This document shows, piece after piece, positions 48,037 to 61,525 of a DNA stretch of 64,000 nt (its first letter is position 1; each line of letters begins with the position of its first letter). The stretch lies in NCBI GenBank assembly GCA_964234715.1, contig OZ174290.1; one strand, written 5' to 3'. A program made the translations under genes and the position numbers. The notes beneath the pieces are model-generated. The model saw only the letters and a list, made by a program, of their open reading frames with translations, did not search any database and was not told the DNA's origin. Source of the stretch: Podarcis melisellensis. Lineage: Eukaryota.

Positions 48037-51000
48037 ATTCTATTCTAGTGCACACTGATCTCTGTCTGGTTGCCAGTAGCTTTGCTACACAGAACCTGAA
48101 ACAAACCTTCTAGATATCCTGGCATTTTTACTAGTGTGGCATGTATCCCTATTGAATTTTTGTGTGTGTTGCCTATAGGTATCTCAGAATTAACATGTCT
48201 TATATTAGAGGATGGAAGAAGAATTTACAATGAGAGATGCTTCTCATTTCAAAAATTATACACCCACCCACACCCCTATTGCATGGTTGCTAGATTGCCT
48301 GACCTGTGCTTTAATCCATAACAAGTCTTTCTTAACCTGTGTTTTGTAGTGTGTATGTGCATTTTGGACAGTTCAGGAGTCACATCCATGTGAATGCTAA
48401 GGGGGAAAACTGCCTCTCTTTTCCTTGAAGCAGAAGTGAGGGTTGCAGGTAGCATTTCTTCCACAGCCCCTTAATGAGTGAAATGTTCTGAAGGGTAGCT
48501 TCCTCCCATGTGAACCTACCTTTGGAAGTCCTGCTGTGGTCCCTCCATTGTTTGAGGTACACTTTGATATTGCCCAGAGCAGGGCCTTCTCCACAGTGAC
48601 CCCCAAAACATGTCACTTAGTTTTAGAATATCCAGACCAGATTCAGGGCAGCAACTGAAAAAGCCCTTCTTCTAGGAGAAGGAGAGTTGGTTTCAAAATA
48701 AATGGGAAGTGGAAGCAATGCCTCACTAGCTGCTCTTAAATTTGAGGATGATCCTGTAGTAGGAGGCAATTTCTGAGATACTCAGACTATTTAAGATTTA
48801 TAGGTCAAAGGCTACAACTTGAGTTGCAGTCTGGGATATCATAAGACATTATCTAGTCCAAAGTTTAATGTGACTTTGTAGTTGATGATAAGCTTTTGGT
48901 TGGGCAGGAGCACCTTGTGCTGCCTGGTTCCTGTGCATTTTGTTCCTGCTGAAGAGCAGCAATTGACAGGTGAACCAAGTTTGGGGAGAACTGTGTTTCC
49001 CCACTAATCCCAGGTTTGATTTGGGTAAGGAAAAGGCTGATGTGAACAAGACGGGAGAGATCCAATCTAGAAAATGCCTTTGTAGCATTTGATAATGATA
49101 TCTACAACTCCAAAACTGCCTCAGTATTGCCTAATTACTTGCACCTTTATACTCTACTTTCTCTCTCCAATCGTTTAGTGTTTAACCAGTTGGATTAACA
49201 AAGGAGCCCTGATTGATCAGATAGTTTTGTAGAATTAATGCAAGATTTATAAAAACTACAGATGACAGTCACCTTAAAAGGCATCCCCCTTTCTCTGACA
49301 CACGCAAAATGTATTCCCGTTTCACGTCATGTAAAAATGACTCTTACGCTTTTTGCTTCAAAACTGTCATCTTGTTAGTATGCAGATTTATGTCATTTCA
49401 ATCAGTCAGTTCATTGACTAAAATTCATGTGATTAATCGATGGCAATTCCTTAGTGAATTGGCAGCCCGATGATATGATGCCTGGAAGATGATGTGGGTG
49501 TAGGCAGAGCATGAATGTATGTCAAGGATAAGTGAGACACTGTCCTGAGATAATCCTGGATGGAACTGATCTAATAATATACCTTGTACCATGTTGATTC
49601 TAAGTTGAGGAGCTCCGGCCTTTGTGACAGATGTGAGATTATGTAATCATGATACCCTGTTGATATCTGTATATTTACCCTTCCTTTTAAAAAGTGCATC
49701 AGCCATGAAGAAGAAGAAAAATGACATTTCCTCAAGCTGTTGCTTGGTTGGGGTTTTTTTTGTTTCATTGTTAAAATTGCAAACCTAGTTTTGGTTTTTT
49801 GGGGTAGTTATGCACAAGCTGTTTCCCCATTCTGTATAGTTTCAACAGCACACTTGAAGTGACCAGAGAAATTGGTTAAGGTTGCAAGCATGTGCACACT
49901 TCCTTAAGAGTATGGCCTGCTGAAAATGGTAGGCCTTAAGTCTGAGTAAAGATGTTCAGGGCTATGACTCTCAACTGCTGAACATCATGTGCAATACGAT
50001 CCTGTACATATTTCCTCATTGAGCAAATCCCACTGTGTTTTGTGTGGGTTTTACTCCCATGTTACGTGTGTGTAGGGCTGCAACCTTAAATGGTACTAAA
50101 ATTCGCCTCCCTTCTAAAAAATTAAGTTAATTAATCTACATTTACACATTAGGTTATTCCCCCCTCCTTTGGCTCTCTGTCATATGCCATCTCTCAGCTC
50201 CACAGTGTGCTTCCCCTGCCTGCAATCAGTTATTAAAAAATGTTGCAGGAAAGAGCTAGTGTGAGAGCTAATTAAAACTTCACAATATTCAACAACAATT
50301 TAAAACGAGTTTTGATGGAAAGAACACGCGAGTATTAGGCCATTTTCTCCCCACTGCTCTTGATGGCTCATTCAAATGAAAGCGTATTTTGTATGTTCCA
50401 AAATAATCGTTTGTTCCATTATTACAATTTAGTTCTCAAATCTAGTGATGAATGTGATATTGGATTAAGCAGAAGTCTGTATGTGTGTGTGTGTTTTTTA
50501 ATGTATTTTTAAAAGTAAAAAAAATGAAAGAAGGGGAATTGTGGGGAGGAAGAGACTGCAGTGTATTATCACTGTGAAATGATAATTTAGCGTCTGCGGG
50601 TTTACTCTCCATCTCATGCACCATACTGAATTCTCCTAGCTAATTGCCTGCTGATTAGCTGAGAGACAGGCATTGCTAATGTCGGCCTTGAGCATCAAAT
50701 TATCTACAGAGAAGTCTAAGACTTGCATTCTATTGCACAGTTGGAGGCGAGGTTGAGGAAAGAAGGCAGGGACATTGCAGAGAGCAACCAGCAGCCTTAC
50801 ATATTTGGCCAGTTTGGGACATGGAAGTGCAGTAGGTAACCAGAAGACAGAAATCAGCTAGAGGTGAAATTGGAGCTTCCCTCTCTCCCTTCTCTTGTTT
50901 AAACAGAGACGCATCTGTGCCTCTTCTGTTGCTATCCATTGCCGCTGAGTGCAGGTGTGGAGGTTAATAGGAATAACTATCCCAGTTGACTATTTTGCTG

Positions 51001-53973
51001 GGAGCATGCTTCATTGGCCTATGTAAGTTGAGAAGAAAATATGAGAAGGGAGGAGGAGAGGTTGTGGATACCCCTTCATCCTTGCTTTGAGATGAAGGGT
51101 GCTGCCTAGGTCTGTCCAGAAAGCAGCTGGTTGCTCTTTTTCTCAATTGCAGATCAGCAGTGAGAGTGGGGTCCCCCCCCCATCCTCCAATTCTTTGTCA
51201 AAGTGCAATTATTGGCCCTGCTCATTTATCAAGGGAAGGAGGCAAAATCATTCCACATTCATATTAACCTCTGTGGCTTGTTCGTTGTTGCAACAGGTGG
51301 GTGATGGAGGCTGTTTCTAAGAATCCACTCTTAACGTGGGCACCCAATGTACCTCATTTCATGCCAGTTCCAGTACATCAGAGATTGTAAATAAGGCAAG
51401 TTGTCTTGCTTACGCTGAAAACTGCCTTCACTTCAAGTGAAGGAGGACAGAATCCAGATGTTCTGGGTCCAACCAATGTTTGTTGAAGCTGCAAGATGCA
51501 GCTTACACTTGAGTGAAGCAAATGTTGTGGGGAGGAAAAGGGTACACTATTATGTGCCATTTGAATTGGAGATGCAATGTCCAATTAAATGAATTTAAAT
51601 AAATTTGCCCCTCCTTTTTTCTTTACAAGTGAAGTGCTGGTTTTATAGGGGTGTGGAAGAGATATGGGTGCTTGGAGCACATATTTATTTTCTTGTACTT
51701 TGATTTTGACCACCAGGAACCCCGCGAGCAACCTAGTTTGTTTCCCTCTCCTTTCCCCCAGTTCCGCTATTGTACTACTGCATTTATGTTCCTTTTACTT
51801 ATTTAAAACACTTTAAAGCCACAATTTCGGGTAAATAAAATACAATTCAATCACAGGCATCAAATAATTAAAAGCCAACCGTGATAATAAAACAGACATT
51901 TAGCTCACAGAGTGGTAAAATCCAATCCATAATTGCAACCAAGAGCCATCAGGAACTCAGTAAATTCTGTCTTAAGGAAAAACAGCAAAAACAAGTAGGT
52001 CTTGCATTCCTAAAGGCCTGTCACGATGGGGCCTGACAGACACTAAGACAGGATTTCCTGTCAAAAGGATCTCAGGTAGCGGAACTGGGGAAAGCCCGGG
52101 GGGGGGGAGAGGCGACTAGAGCACAAATGGCATGAAACTCTCTGTGAAGGCTTCCAAACATGTGCATCATTCAGCAGTGAAAGTAGCAGAGAGGGTTTTC
52201 TTTTTCTGCCTCCATTGCATCCAGGAGAACTTGTCTGAGTGTTATGGGGTATGCTAACAGCTGCCCTGGGGGATAGTGACTTGAAATCACTGAAGGCCCG
52301 TTGTGACAAGTTTGTGAAGCACAATGGGGATAAAGTTGCTCGCTCGCATGACTACTTTAATGCCATTGTTGTTGCAGGTGCAATGCATCATCTGATCTGG
52401 TTTTATGGGAACAGTTCCAGCTTTTGTGGACTGAGGATGCGGACAAGGTGCTTGCGAAACCAAACTTCTATGTATAGGTGTGGTGTCGGAGCTCTGTTGT
52501 GTCCTGCAAACTGCTCATTGGACAGGCTGGTCTGGGGTTGGAAAGGAAATCCCACCCCTTTGTGGCATTATGTCTTGCCTGCCTATCTTCCGCCACCGCC
52601 CAAGCAAAAGACTGCCCCACCCCAGAACCGCCTGAGAATAACTCTGAGGAACTTTAGTCTGGCAAGTAAGGTAGCTTCCTGCGTTCGTATGTTGTACAGA
52701 TCTGTTGTACAGCAAAACTACCACTTTCCATGCAGAAGGTGCCAGATCCAAGGACCTCAAGTTGCCAGACATTTTTTCCCTATTCCTTGGAGAGCTGTTC
52801 CCAGTTGTGGTAGACCAACTGATGGGGAGTTGCGGTGAAAAACATCTGAAGAGGCACCAGGTTGGTGAACATTAGAGTAGATATTGCTAGGCTAGGGAGA
52901 ATGTATGGAGGAGGCAGACCTCACCTAGGGGGACTAAGTGCTGCCTCAGGAAGGCAAGTCACAGGTGTGGGGTGTGAGGGGCCAACTGCCTTGGTGTCTT
53001 GGGCTGCACAATGTAGACTGATGTCAGAACAGGCTAATAGAAGTTTTTTAAACCTACCCTCCCTACCCCCTCCCTCTTCCCTCTGTGGAAGAACTTTGCC
53101 TCAAGCATTCAAAGCACTTGTTCCTAAATTGACTAGTTAGCCTCAATGGTAAGAATTACCTCACTGAAGTCAGCCAGCACCCTAATCTGGACTGAGTGGC
53201 TTTGTGGAAGTGGGGAGTGGGAGTGACGAGATTCAAAAAACCTTCTTTTTTTCTTGAAATAAGTCAGAGATGTTTCCTTTTTAAGTTGTGAGAATTAACA
53301 CCATTTTCCAAAAGTGCAAAAAGCTGCAGATAGGTGACTCCCCCCCCCCCCGCACTTCCTTTTCACCAGCTGTCTTTTTGAACTTGATTTGAAACACACT
53401 GAAAATATCTCTCTTTGTGATCTATTGAAAGTTTCCATTATTGACTGGTAGAAAGATTTGCTCCCCCTCCCCTTTTGGTTTTGCTCGTGGGCAAAAGATA
53501 ATTGTAAAAAGTCCTGTGTTTATCTCAAGAGAGCAGTGTGGTCAAAGTAGCAGAGGGAGGCAGTTGCCTCAGGCCAGCTTTGATTGATGGCTTGAAAACT
53601 TTCTTTGCAAATATACCGTATATATCTCACCACAGTTTTTATATCAACCATCTTGAGGGGAAAGTATCTTGGTTGGGTTTTTTTTGGGGGGGGGTTATTT
53701 AAGGCAACTTAACTAATTTCAAAAGAGTGAGGAAGGATTGGGCCCAAATACAAAGGATTGAGCCAAATACAAATATTAGACCAATACAAAGTGGTCTAAT
53801 AAGCATCTGTGAGCTTCCAGTAGAGTATTGTGGTGTCAGGGGGGGGGGGAGAGAGGTGGAAATCAACCTGCTTATGCTCCAAACTGCTCATTGGGGGTTT
53901 TCAACTCTCCTCCCTGAACTATATGGGAATATTTCATAGGTGACGCAGCAATAAAACTTCTAGCACATTTACA

Positions 53974-54093
53974 AAGCTAAGCAGGGTTTGGTATGGTTTC
54001 ATACGGGATGGAGGACCATGTGTTAAGATTCCTGCATTGCAAGGGGTTTGACTACATGGCTCTCAGGGTCCCTTCCGACTCTGCATTTCTAAG
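53974..54093 (+). mobile_element. 5S rRNA-headed, CR1-tailed SINE (SINE3-type)
   Basis: AAGCTAAGCAGGGT...GGATGGAGGACC (5S A- and C-box-like) then attcctgcattgcaagggg...cagggtcccttccgactct (CR1 3' end). Confidence 0.65.
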
Positions 54094-55948
54094 TCATAGA
54101 GAGGAGAGCGAAAAGGAATCTTTTCCTTTTCCACTCTTCAGAATCCACTCTCTTGCCTGCTGTATAGCTATGAAATTCTAAGGCCTGAGCCGCACTCCAA
54201 CGCTCCACATCCTGGCTGTCTGCAGCCCTGACCAGCAACACTCATTCTAGCAAGTAGGGATGTGCTGCAACATTTTATCACAGGCACCATGTTTTTAAAA
54301 AGTGCTATCCGGTATGCAAATATAGTATGCTTTTTTATTGGGTTAAAGGGAAATGAGTTAGCTCTTTTTGGTGACAGGCTTGTGTTAATTTGCAATGGGT
54401 AGTTGCACCCTAAAATCAAGGAGAAAGTGGTAGCTTTTGCGGGCAGGTGGGGGTGGAATGGCTGAGGCTGCTTTTTGGCTGCTGAGGTGGTGAGGACTTT
54501 GTCAGCCTACAGGATAATTGCTTTTCCCAACTTCTAAATTATCTCTCTAGAGGCCTGGCATAAAAATTTATGGATGCTTAACAGTTCTCACATATGTAAA
54601 TAAAGATTGGAAACTAATTGGTCTATGCAAAGCGAGAGGAAAGGGTGGTGGTGAGGCACCAAGAGCTGTTGTAATATGGATTCACAACAATCCATCTCCA
54701 TGGATTCATTTCACTTAAAATATATTGGTCAGATGTTTTTGTCCTGCTTTGAGGACTAAAAGGTGGGCTGCACCAGCTATTAAGAACATTGCCCTCGAAT
54801 TGCCCTCTGCTAACGGATTTCTGTAATCCAAACCTTGGAGGCAGACAAAAGGTGGGGCGATTGGATTTACTTCCTCCAGCTCACACAGCAGGATTGCATT
54901 CAAGTTAAGGTACTTCAAAACCCTTTAGATGGCTTTCAAAGGCTTTGACACCAATAAGTAATTACAATTACTGATTTCCCCGCCACATCTCCAAAGTGTT
55001 TAAAAGTAATTAAAAATGGTTCTCCTTGGACCACCTCAACTTATGCTAGGCTAGAAATGTAGCTGAGCAGAACTGGCAGCGCAGCCCATATTGTGCTCTG
55101 CTTATAAAAAGAAAGGGTTGCCACCAAAGTCTACCTGAAGTGGAATTGAAGGTGGATTTGAATCCCCCCTCCCCCCCATAAATTCTGTAAACAAACATGC
55201 ATACATTTATCTAACACATTTTTAACCCATTTCAGCCAAAAGGGCTCCCTGAGAGACTTACAAATCACTGTTTTTAAAAGAAGCAGCCTTTGTCCCTCAG
55301 ACTTACAATCTGAAATATGTGAAGCAAAAGGAAAAGCAGATGGGGAGGGAAAAGGAAAGTGAGCAAGCTCGAGCACTACTTTCTTAGGGGAGCTAACAGA
55401 GCGGGCCTGCTTCCCATCTCTTCCCCACTCCCTCAGCCTGATGAAATGTCTGCTGCTAGTTGACAGCTGAGGAAGAGGCAAATGCAGGTGTTCTCAGATC
55501 TGCTGGTGTGGCCTGGTTTCCCATCTCTCCTTTGCTCTGTAGCGCAGTGGAATATGACCTGGATTCTGTCTCGCCCCTTAGTGCTTCACTTAACTGTTTT
55601 AATGCATCTAGAGTACTGGGCACTAGAGTGCCCTTGAAGTGGTCTAGAACAGAAATGGAGCCCACATGCACAACAGCACCAAGAGTCTCTCTAATGCACT
55701 AATATTGGATGCAACTCTAGGGGCATTAAATGCTGTAGGAGCTGTGCAGCAGCAACACCCTATCACACTGTGCTGTCAACTCCAGCTTCTTTAAGATTCA
55801 GGAAGCCACCTAGGAGCTTGGGGAAATTTCAGTCACACATGTGTTTGTAAAGAACTCTGGGGTTTTTAAAAGGCAGCCTTGAACCATAACTGCAAACTAT
55901 GCTGTACTTCTTTTGAAAACAAAAGCAAAAAAAAAGAGAGGCAAAAAA

Positions 55949-56150
55949 ACATAAATAGAGGAGTTCTGCTGGACCAGGGCAAAGATCCATCTGGTATGGC
56001 CTGTTGCTCCTCCTAGTGCCCAACCACAAGCCTTCAAAACCTCACAAGAAGGATGCGAAGGCCTCCCTTGTTGTTTGCCCCCAGCATCTAGTATTCAGAG
56101 GTGTGCTGACTCTGAACCTGGAGGTTCTATTTTGCTACTTTGGCCATTGA
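55949..56150 (-). mobile_element. Old CR1-type 3' UTR fragment
   Basis: ctgctggaccaggg...ccatct...ccccagcatctagtattcagagg...ctctgaacctggagg. Confidence 0.55.
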
Positions 56151-57479
56151 GAAGACAGTTTTCCTGTGCAAGAGTCCTAAATATGTCAACAGATAAAGTC
56201 CCATTCTGCCACTGGATATCACTCTTAAAGCATTTTAAAATTCAGGTTGGACTTGCCATCAGGTGACCATTCTGTCTCCCACCCCCTGACATCTCCTGTC
56301 CCACGGAATCCCTATTAGACTGGCAAGCGGTGAAAAAGAACAGCAGAAGATCAGCCTTTCAGGGAAAAGGGTGCCTCATTTTGCTTGGCATTTTTAATAA
56401 AATTCCTGAAGTATGTCAGAATTAGCCGCCTTTTCTAGGACGCTTGGTGATTTATTTTGTTAAAGCGAGGCATTATTCATAATTATGTGGTTTTATGAGG
56501 AGTGTGCCGAGCAGTATCCTTCCAGCACAAGGCTGTGGGAGACGGAGCAGTATTTAAATAAGAGCCCTGGGGAAAGGGCATGCTTACATTTCACAGTAGA
56601 AGATCCACGCAGTTGTCGTTTCAGCCTATTGAACCACCACATAATTACCCCCATTCAGCACTTTGGCTTGCCTTCTTATTAGCTGTCCATCACGTTCCGA
56701 TGGGGAGAATCACAATATTTAAAATAACACAGATCGTTGGACAGCACTGGGTGTTGGATGGCATTGAACTTTGTAAATGCAGTTAATGGCAGGTCTTTCA
56801 GATATAATGCATAGAGCACCAGCATGGCACATGGGATCAAGTGTTGGGTTGGGAGGCATAGCAAGTCTGGTTGCAAAAATTTATTTGGGTGGCCTGAGAC
56901 AGTGCTCTCTCCACTGAAATGTTTGTGGGGGAAATGGTGATAATAATGTGTCTCCTTAACCTCCTAAGGTGTGGTGACTTGTGATTTTAAGCCAACCATA
57001 ACTGATTTCCCTAAGGGGCTTAACCCAACCTTATATTTAAGCTCTGTGTCAATTTTCTTTTTCAAAATAAGAAGGCAGCGTTGACTGGGAAAGCTCCTAT
57101 GTTCCAAGTGCTGAAAATAGCCTCTCCCATTATTTTGGCCCTGGGGCTAGAGCAGCAGGTAAGCCTGTGGCTCCTGGCTCAATGCAGACTGACTGAAGAC
57201 AGCTATGTTATCTGTCCACTCATCAGGCCTTCCTTGGCTGTTAATGTTGATGTTTTGTTCAAGCCACAGGAAAGAGCAGGTGCCCACTATTCTCACTTGG
57301 GCTAATGGCAACCAGGCAGAGGTGTCAACACACATTTCTGTCCCTTGATGTGGGGGCATTTCTCTTGCTGCTCCTGCCCCATCCCACCAGCAGTAGTGAC
57401 TAAAGCAGTCAGAATGTGTTCACATGCATTGGCTACTCTCCAACAGATCATACTGTTGCTGCTTCACTGCTATGGAGGG

Positions 57480-57483
<4 letters not shown>

Positions 57484-57523
<40 letters not shown>
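57484..57523. repeat. (AC)20 microsatellite
   Basis: Direct reading. Confidence 0.95.
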
Positions 57524-57525
<2 letters not shown>

Positions 57526-58146
57526 GAAGATCAAGACCAGGCAGTTCCATATCCAGCAGTATCAGGGCAGTGCATTCTCAAGTCATTGCTGTCTCAAGAT
57601 CAGATTTTCTGACCAAAATAATCCTCCTCCCTTCAGCTTCTAACCCAAACAAGTCCTTCTCTTGCTTCTTGCTCTGCACCCATGGATTTAACTACTTCCC
57701 TTTGGGACTCTGGGTTGGAGACTTCAAAACCCAAGATCTAACAATCCTTTGACATGGTCTCTGTAGGGAGTTGCCTTTTCACATTCAAACGTATTTGACA
57801 GGAAGTGTGTAATGGCTTCTGCTGTGAGCGAAAATGGAGCCTTATGGGTTCTTTCTAAGTTTGGGATGCTGGGAAGTGCAGGGTCATAGATTTGGGCCTG
57901 GGCAAGACAGCACAGAGAAGGCTGTGAAAACACTTCAGGAAGATAGCACTGAGCGTGCTTGTAATGTATTCACTTCTCTTTCTGCTTCCCTGCAGGTGAT
58001 ATTTGGTCTTGTATGTTGTTCTTTAACTTTGGGTTTCCCCGAAGATGTTCAATAAATGTTTAATGGAGAATCATAGTGAAAGTCAGCTTTATGATCATTG
58101 AGCTCAGTAGATATGTCTAATATTATTTAGACTTATAACTGTAGTT

Positions 58147-58281
58147 CAGGGATGGGGAAATTGTAGCCCTTCAGCTGTAGTTGGGACTTCAGTTCCTTTC
58201 AACCCCAGCCAGTGCCTAATGATAAAGGGATGGTGGAAGTTATAGTCCAACAACATTTAGAGGGCCAGAAGTTCCACAGAT
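58147..58281. mobile_element. Short palindromic hAT-like MITE remnant
   Basis: cagggatggggaa...gccctt...gttgggact / agtccaacaac...agggcc...gttcc inverted arms. Confidence 0.5.
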
Positions 58282-59418
58282 ATGTCATATATAGGTGATC
58301 CCACAGAAGCATGGAATGTGACTTCTGATTACTGATGTAGGGTTTCTAGAAAATTTTGAATTGGAAAGTATATCACATAACCCATGGCAATCTTGTATAC
58401 CATGTGTTACTAACTCTGTAGGACTTTCAGCCATTTTGTGTTTGGTTGTAAAATCGTTGCTTTTCTTTTAGAGGCTCTCCTGCATAGGAGAGTCGAAAGT
58501 TCACAGGAAGGTAAAAAGTTAAAGCTTGGGTAGTGATTATTGGGCAGCCCTTGAGCCAAAATCGTGATTCTCCTCTAAGTCCCTGATTAGTCCTGAAAAC
58601 AAAGAACAAACAAGGTTTGGAGGCAAGGAAACTGGGGTGGTGGTGGTAAAGAAGGGGTCTAGCTAAAGTGTGAGTGACAGACAGACAGAAAAGCCCACTG
58701 ACACCACTGTCCATCAAAGGAGCATCATGTCTTGGTGAAGTGTGGTATGGATCAGCCTCCTGGAAATGTCTGAAAAAGCTGAATTGGTGTGGCATGGAGC
58801 TTGGAGCAACCTCCTGGGCAGAATGCTGAAAAAAAGTTCACTGTGCTTTAGGGAATAATTCTAACACAGCACCTCCCTGAATGTGAAGGGGACTTTTCAC
58901 AAAGGGGCCAGACTTAAATTTTGTAATGAGCGGCACAGGTGGAGAGCTCCTGAGACACCCTGAGCTGAGTTAATTAAATGTCATGCCATAGGGTGAAAGC
59001 CCAACCATGGGGCATTTCTGTTTGTTCAATCTATTTCTGGCTCTACCCTTTGCTGAAAAATGAGTGAACTTGGAAGTTCTCTGGAAATATAAAATGGAGT
59101 ACGCCTAACAGTTTATTAGCAATGGGCCCTCGTCCTTGTTGAAAGGGGACTGGCCTGGACTTGTTCAGGAAATGCAAAAGGATACTTCATTTAATTAGTA
59201 TGAGGTATGGCTGCTGGCTGATACTCAATTTTACTGGCTGAGTGGAAGGTGTTGCTTGCATTAGACATGGTACTGGATTCTGAAATTAGTTGGAGCATAG
59301 TGCAACCTCATGCTTAAAACAAGTGCTGGGATTTTCACACAATAGGGGCTTTCCCTCTCTGCCACAATTATACTCTCAATGGCACAAGCAGTCCTCGGCA
59401 TGTGAAGTGTTACAGCTG

Positions 59419-59489
59419 AATCATAGAATTGTAGATTTGGAAGCGTATACCAGGGGTTATTCCAGTCCAACCCCCTGTAATGCAGGAAT
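59419..59489 (-). mobile_element. CR1 extreme 3' end fragment
   Basis: aatcatagaattgtaga...agtccaaccccctgtaatgcaggaatc. Confidence 0.75.
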
Positions 59490-60154
59490 CGTGTCCACAT
59501 CTATCTCTGGATGGGCTCCAACCACAAACCTGCTTAACAGCTAGATGGACTGACCCATTGCACCACCAAGTTTCCAAAAGGTTGGAGGCTCTGTTTCACA
59601 CAGACAAAGAAACTGCAGCTTCCGTTATGTAGGAAGCTCCTCCCCAGATGTAGGACATTCAGGATGTTTAGCCCTATAACCACCATATTCCACAGAGGCA
59701 GCAAAAATGAAATAAAGGTGTCCACACTTGGTGGCACCTTGAAGGTAACAAGAAGAGGGTTTGGTTGGTTGGTTGGTTGGCTGGCTTCCTGCCCTCTCAC
59801 AGTGTAGGCTACAAACTGTCCTACCACACCTTATTAATTTGTTATGCAAAATAAATATCTGACTTTTTTCCAGTAGCCAGAAATAGATGAACTGAAATAT
59901 TTGATGACGAAAATGCATGCTTCCTGGGGAGACTCACCTGGGGGGAAATGTTAATTACAGCTTTGATTTTAGATTTGACCAATATCGTATCATTTCAGCT
60001 TCCCCAGTTCAATTCGTATTGTACTTATTAATTATGTTACTAATTAACTGTGTGACCCAATGCATTTTGAAAACTGCTCTTATCTTGGTTAAATTAATAC
60101 AGTTTTGACATATGCTCCTCCTCCTTTTTAGTGTACTTCTAAGTTTGTTTCAAC

Positions 60155-60518
60155 GGGACGCGGGTGGCGCTGTGGGTAAAAGCCTCAGCGCCTAGGGCTT
60201 GCCGATCAAAAGGTCGGTGGTTCGAATCCCCGCGGCGGGGTGCGCTCCCGTTGCTCGGTCCCAGCGCCTGCCAACCTAGCAGTTCGAAAGCACCCCCGGG
60301 TGCAAGTAGATAAATAGGGACCGCTTACTAGCGGGAAGGTAAACGGCGTTTCCGTGTGCGGCTCTGGCTCGCCAGAGCAGCGATGTCACGCTGGCCACGT
60401 GACCCGGAAGTGTCTCCAGACAGCGCTGGCCCCTGGCCTCTTAAGTGAGATGGGCGCACAACCCCAGAGTCTGTCAAGACTGGCCCGTACGGGCAGGGGT
60501 ACCTTTACCTTTACCTTT
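60155..60518 (+). mobile_element. Full-length Sauria SINE (Squam1-type; BovB/RTE-mobilised)
   Basis: A box TGGCGCTGTGG (60165-60175), B box GGTTCGAATCC (60219-60229), (ACCTTT)3 tail (60501-60518), perfect 12-bp TSD TAAGTTTGTTTC (60140-60151, 60519-60530), CpG-rich. Confidence 0.95.
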
Positions 60519-61525
60519 TAAGTTTGTTTCGCGAACCATCCAGGTAGCTTTGTTCAATAAGTGGTACGTAAATGTCAGGTTGAAATAAAATAAACTAAAA
60601 CTAGAAAACTGTCCTTGGAAAAACTAAAAGAGGGGAAACTTCTGTTCCACAATATTTTCCACCCTGCACCAGCGATTCTTATGCAGAATTATCCCCAAAT
60701 GTAGAGAATTTTTGGAAACATGTAAGCAGTATATGTTGTCAACTTTGAGACTCAAGGGGGTAAGACAGAATTTCCCCCAAGGCTGAGATGTCAGTATCCA
60801 GCACGATTCCTTCCGTAGATGTAGAGGTAACATTCCTGGCTACTTAACCACACTTAAGCAGTCGAGAGTGTTAGCCCGCTCCAGCCTTTTTGTCTGCACC
60901 CCAGTTGGCCTTTGCTGACCTCGCGATTATTGGGTTGATTTAGCTATGTTCAGTTTACTATACTCATCTCGGTTGGGGAATAGTTCAATTGATCAAAGGA
61001 GGAACAAATTGGTTCGCTCCCTGTCTGCTGTGAGGTTGCGGCAGGATGAACCTGTCGTATCCGTGGTCTTTGCATAAGACAGACAGCTGAAGCAGCAGGA
61101 AGCATCTCTGGGCCTTAACAGCACAGCTCATGTTAGGAAAAAAACAATGGGATCAGGTTCCAGTCGGGTCAAAGCAACAATGTTACAAACTGATTGGACA
61201 TTTGAGGTGACCATTTGAACATTCCTAGTTTGGATCACTGCTACACTACCTTGTTTTTTTTCTTTTCTACAAGTGTGATTTCCTATCTGTGGACAGAAGG
61301 ACAAAGCTGCACGGATCAAAAAGCAAAACAAAGCCAAACTTAGTCACTGTGTTTAAACTGCATAGTAAGATTTCTATTAATGATGGATAGCTTGATATGA
61401 AATTGGCCTGGTTTTGTAGGGTTTCTAGGCCAGTGTTTGAGTTGGGTGGGAAGCTCATTTTTTTCTTACGAGTTCCATCCTTGCTCATACTGTTATTATG
61501 TGCACTGATGGTGCCATGCATATGC

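Noticed and set aside
52239-52838. Longest ORF in the track (199 aa)
   Set aside because: Non-ATG start, no recognisable domain, composition typical of random intronic sequence, and its end overlaps a repeat remnant.
60155-60240. tRNA-like A/B boxes
   Set aside because: SINE head, not a tRNA gene; the same applies to 17216-17398, 42950-43120 and the 5S-like fragments.
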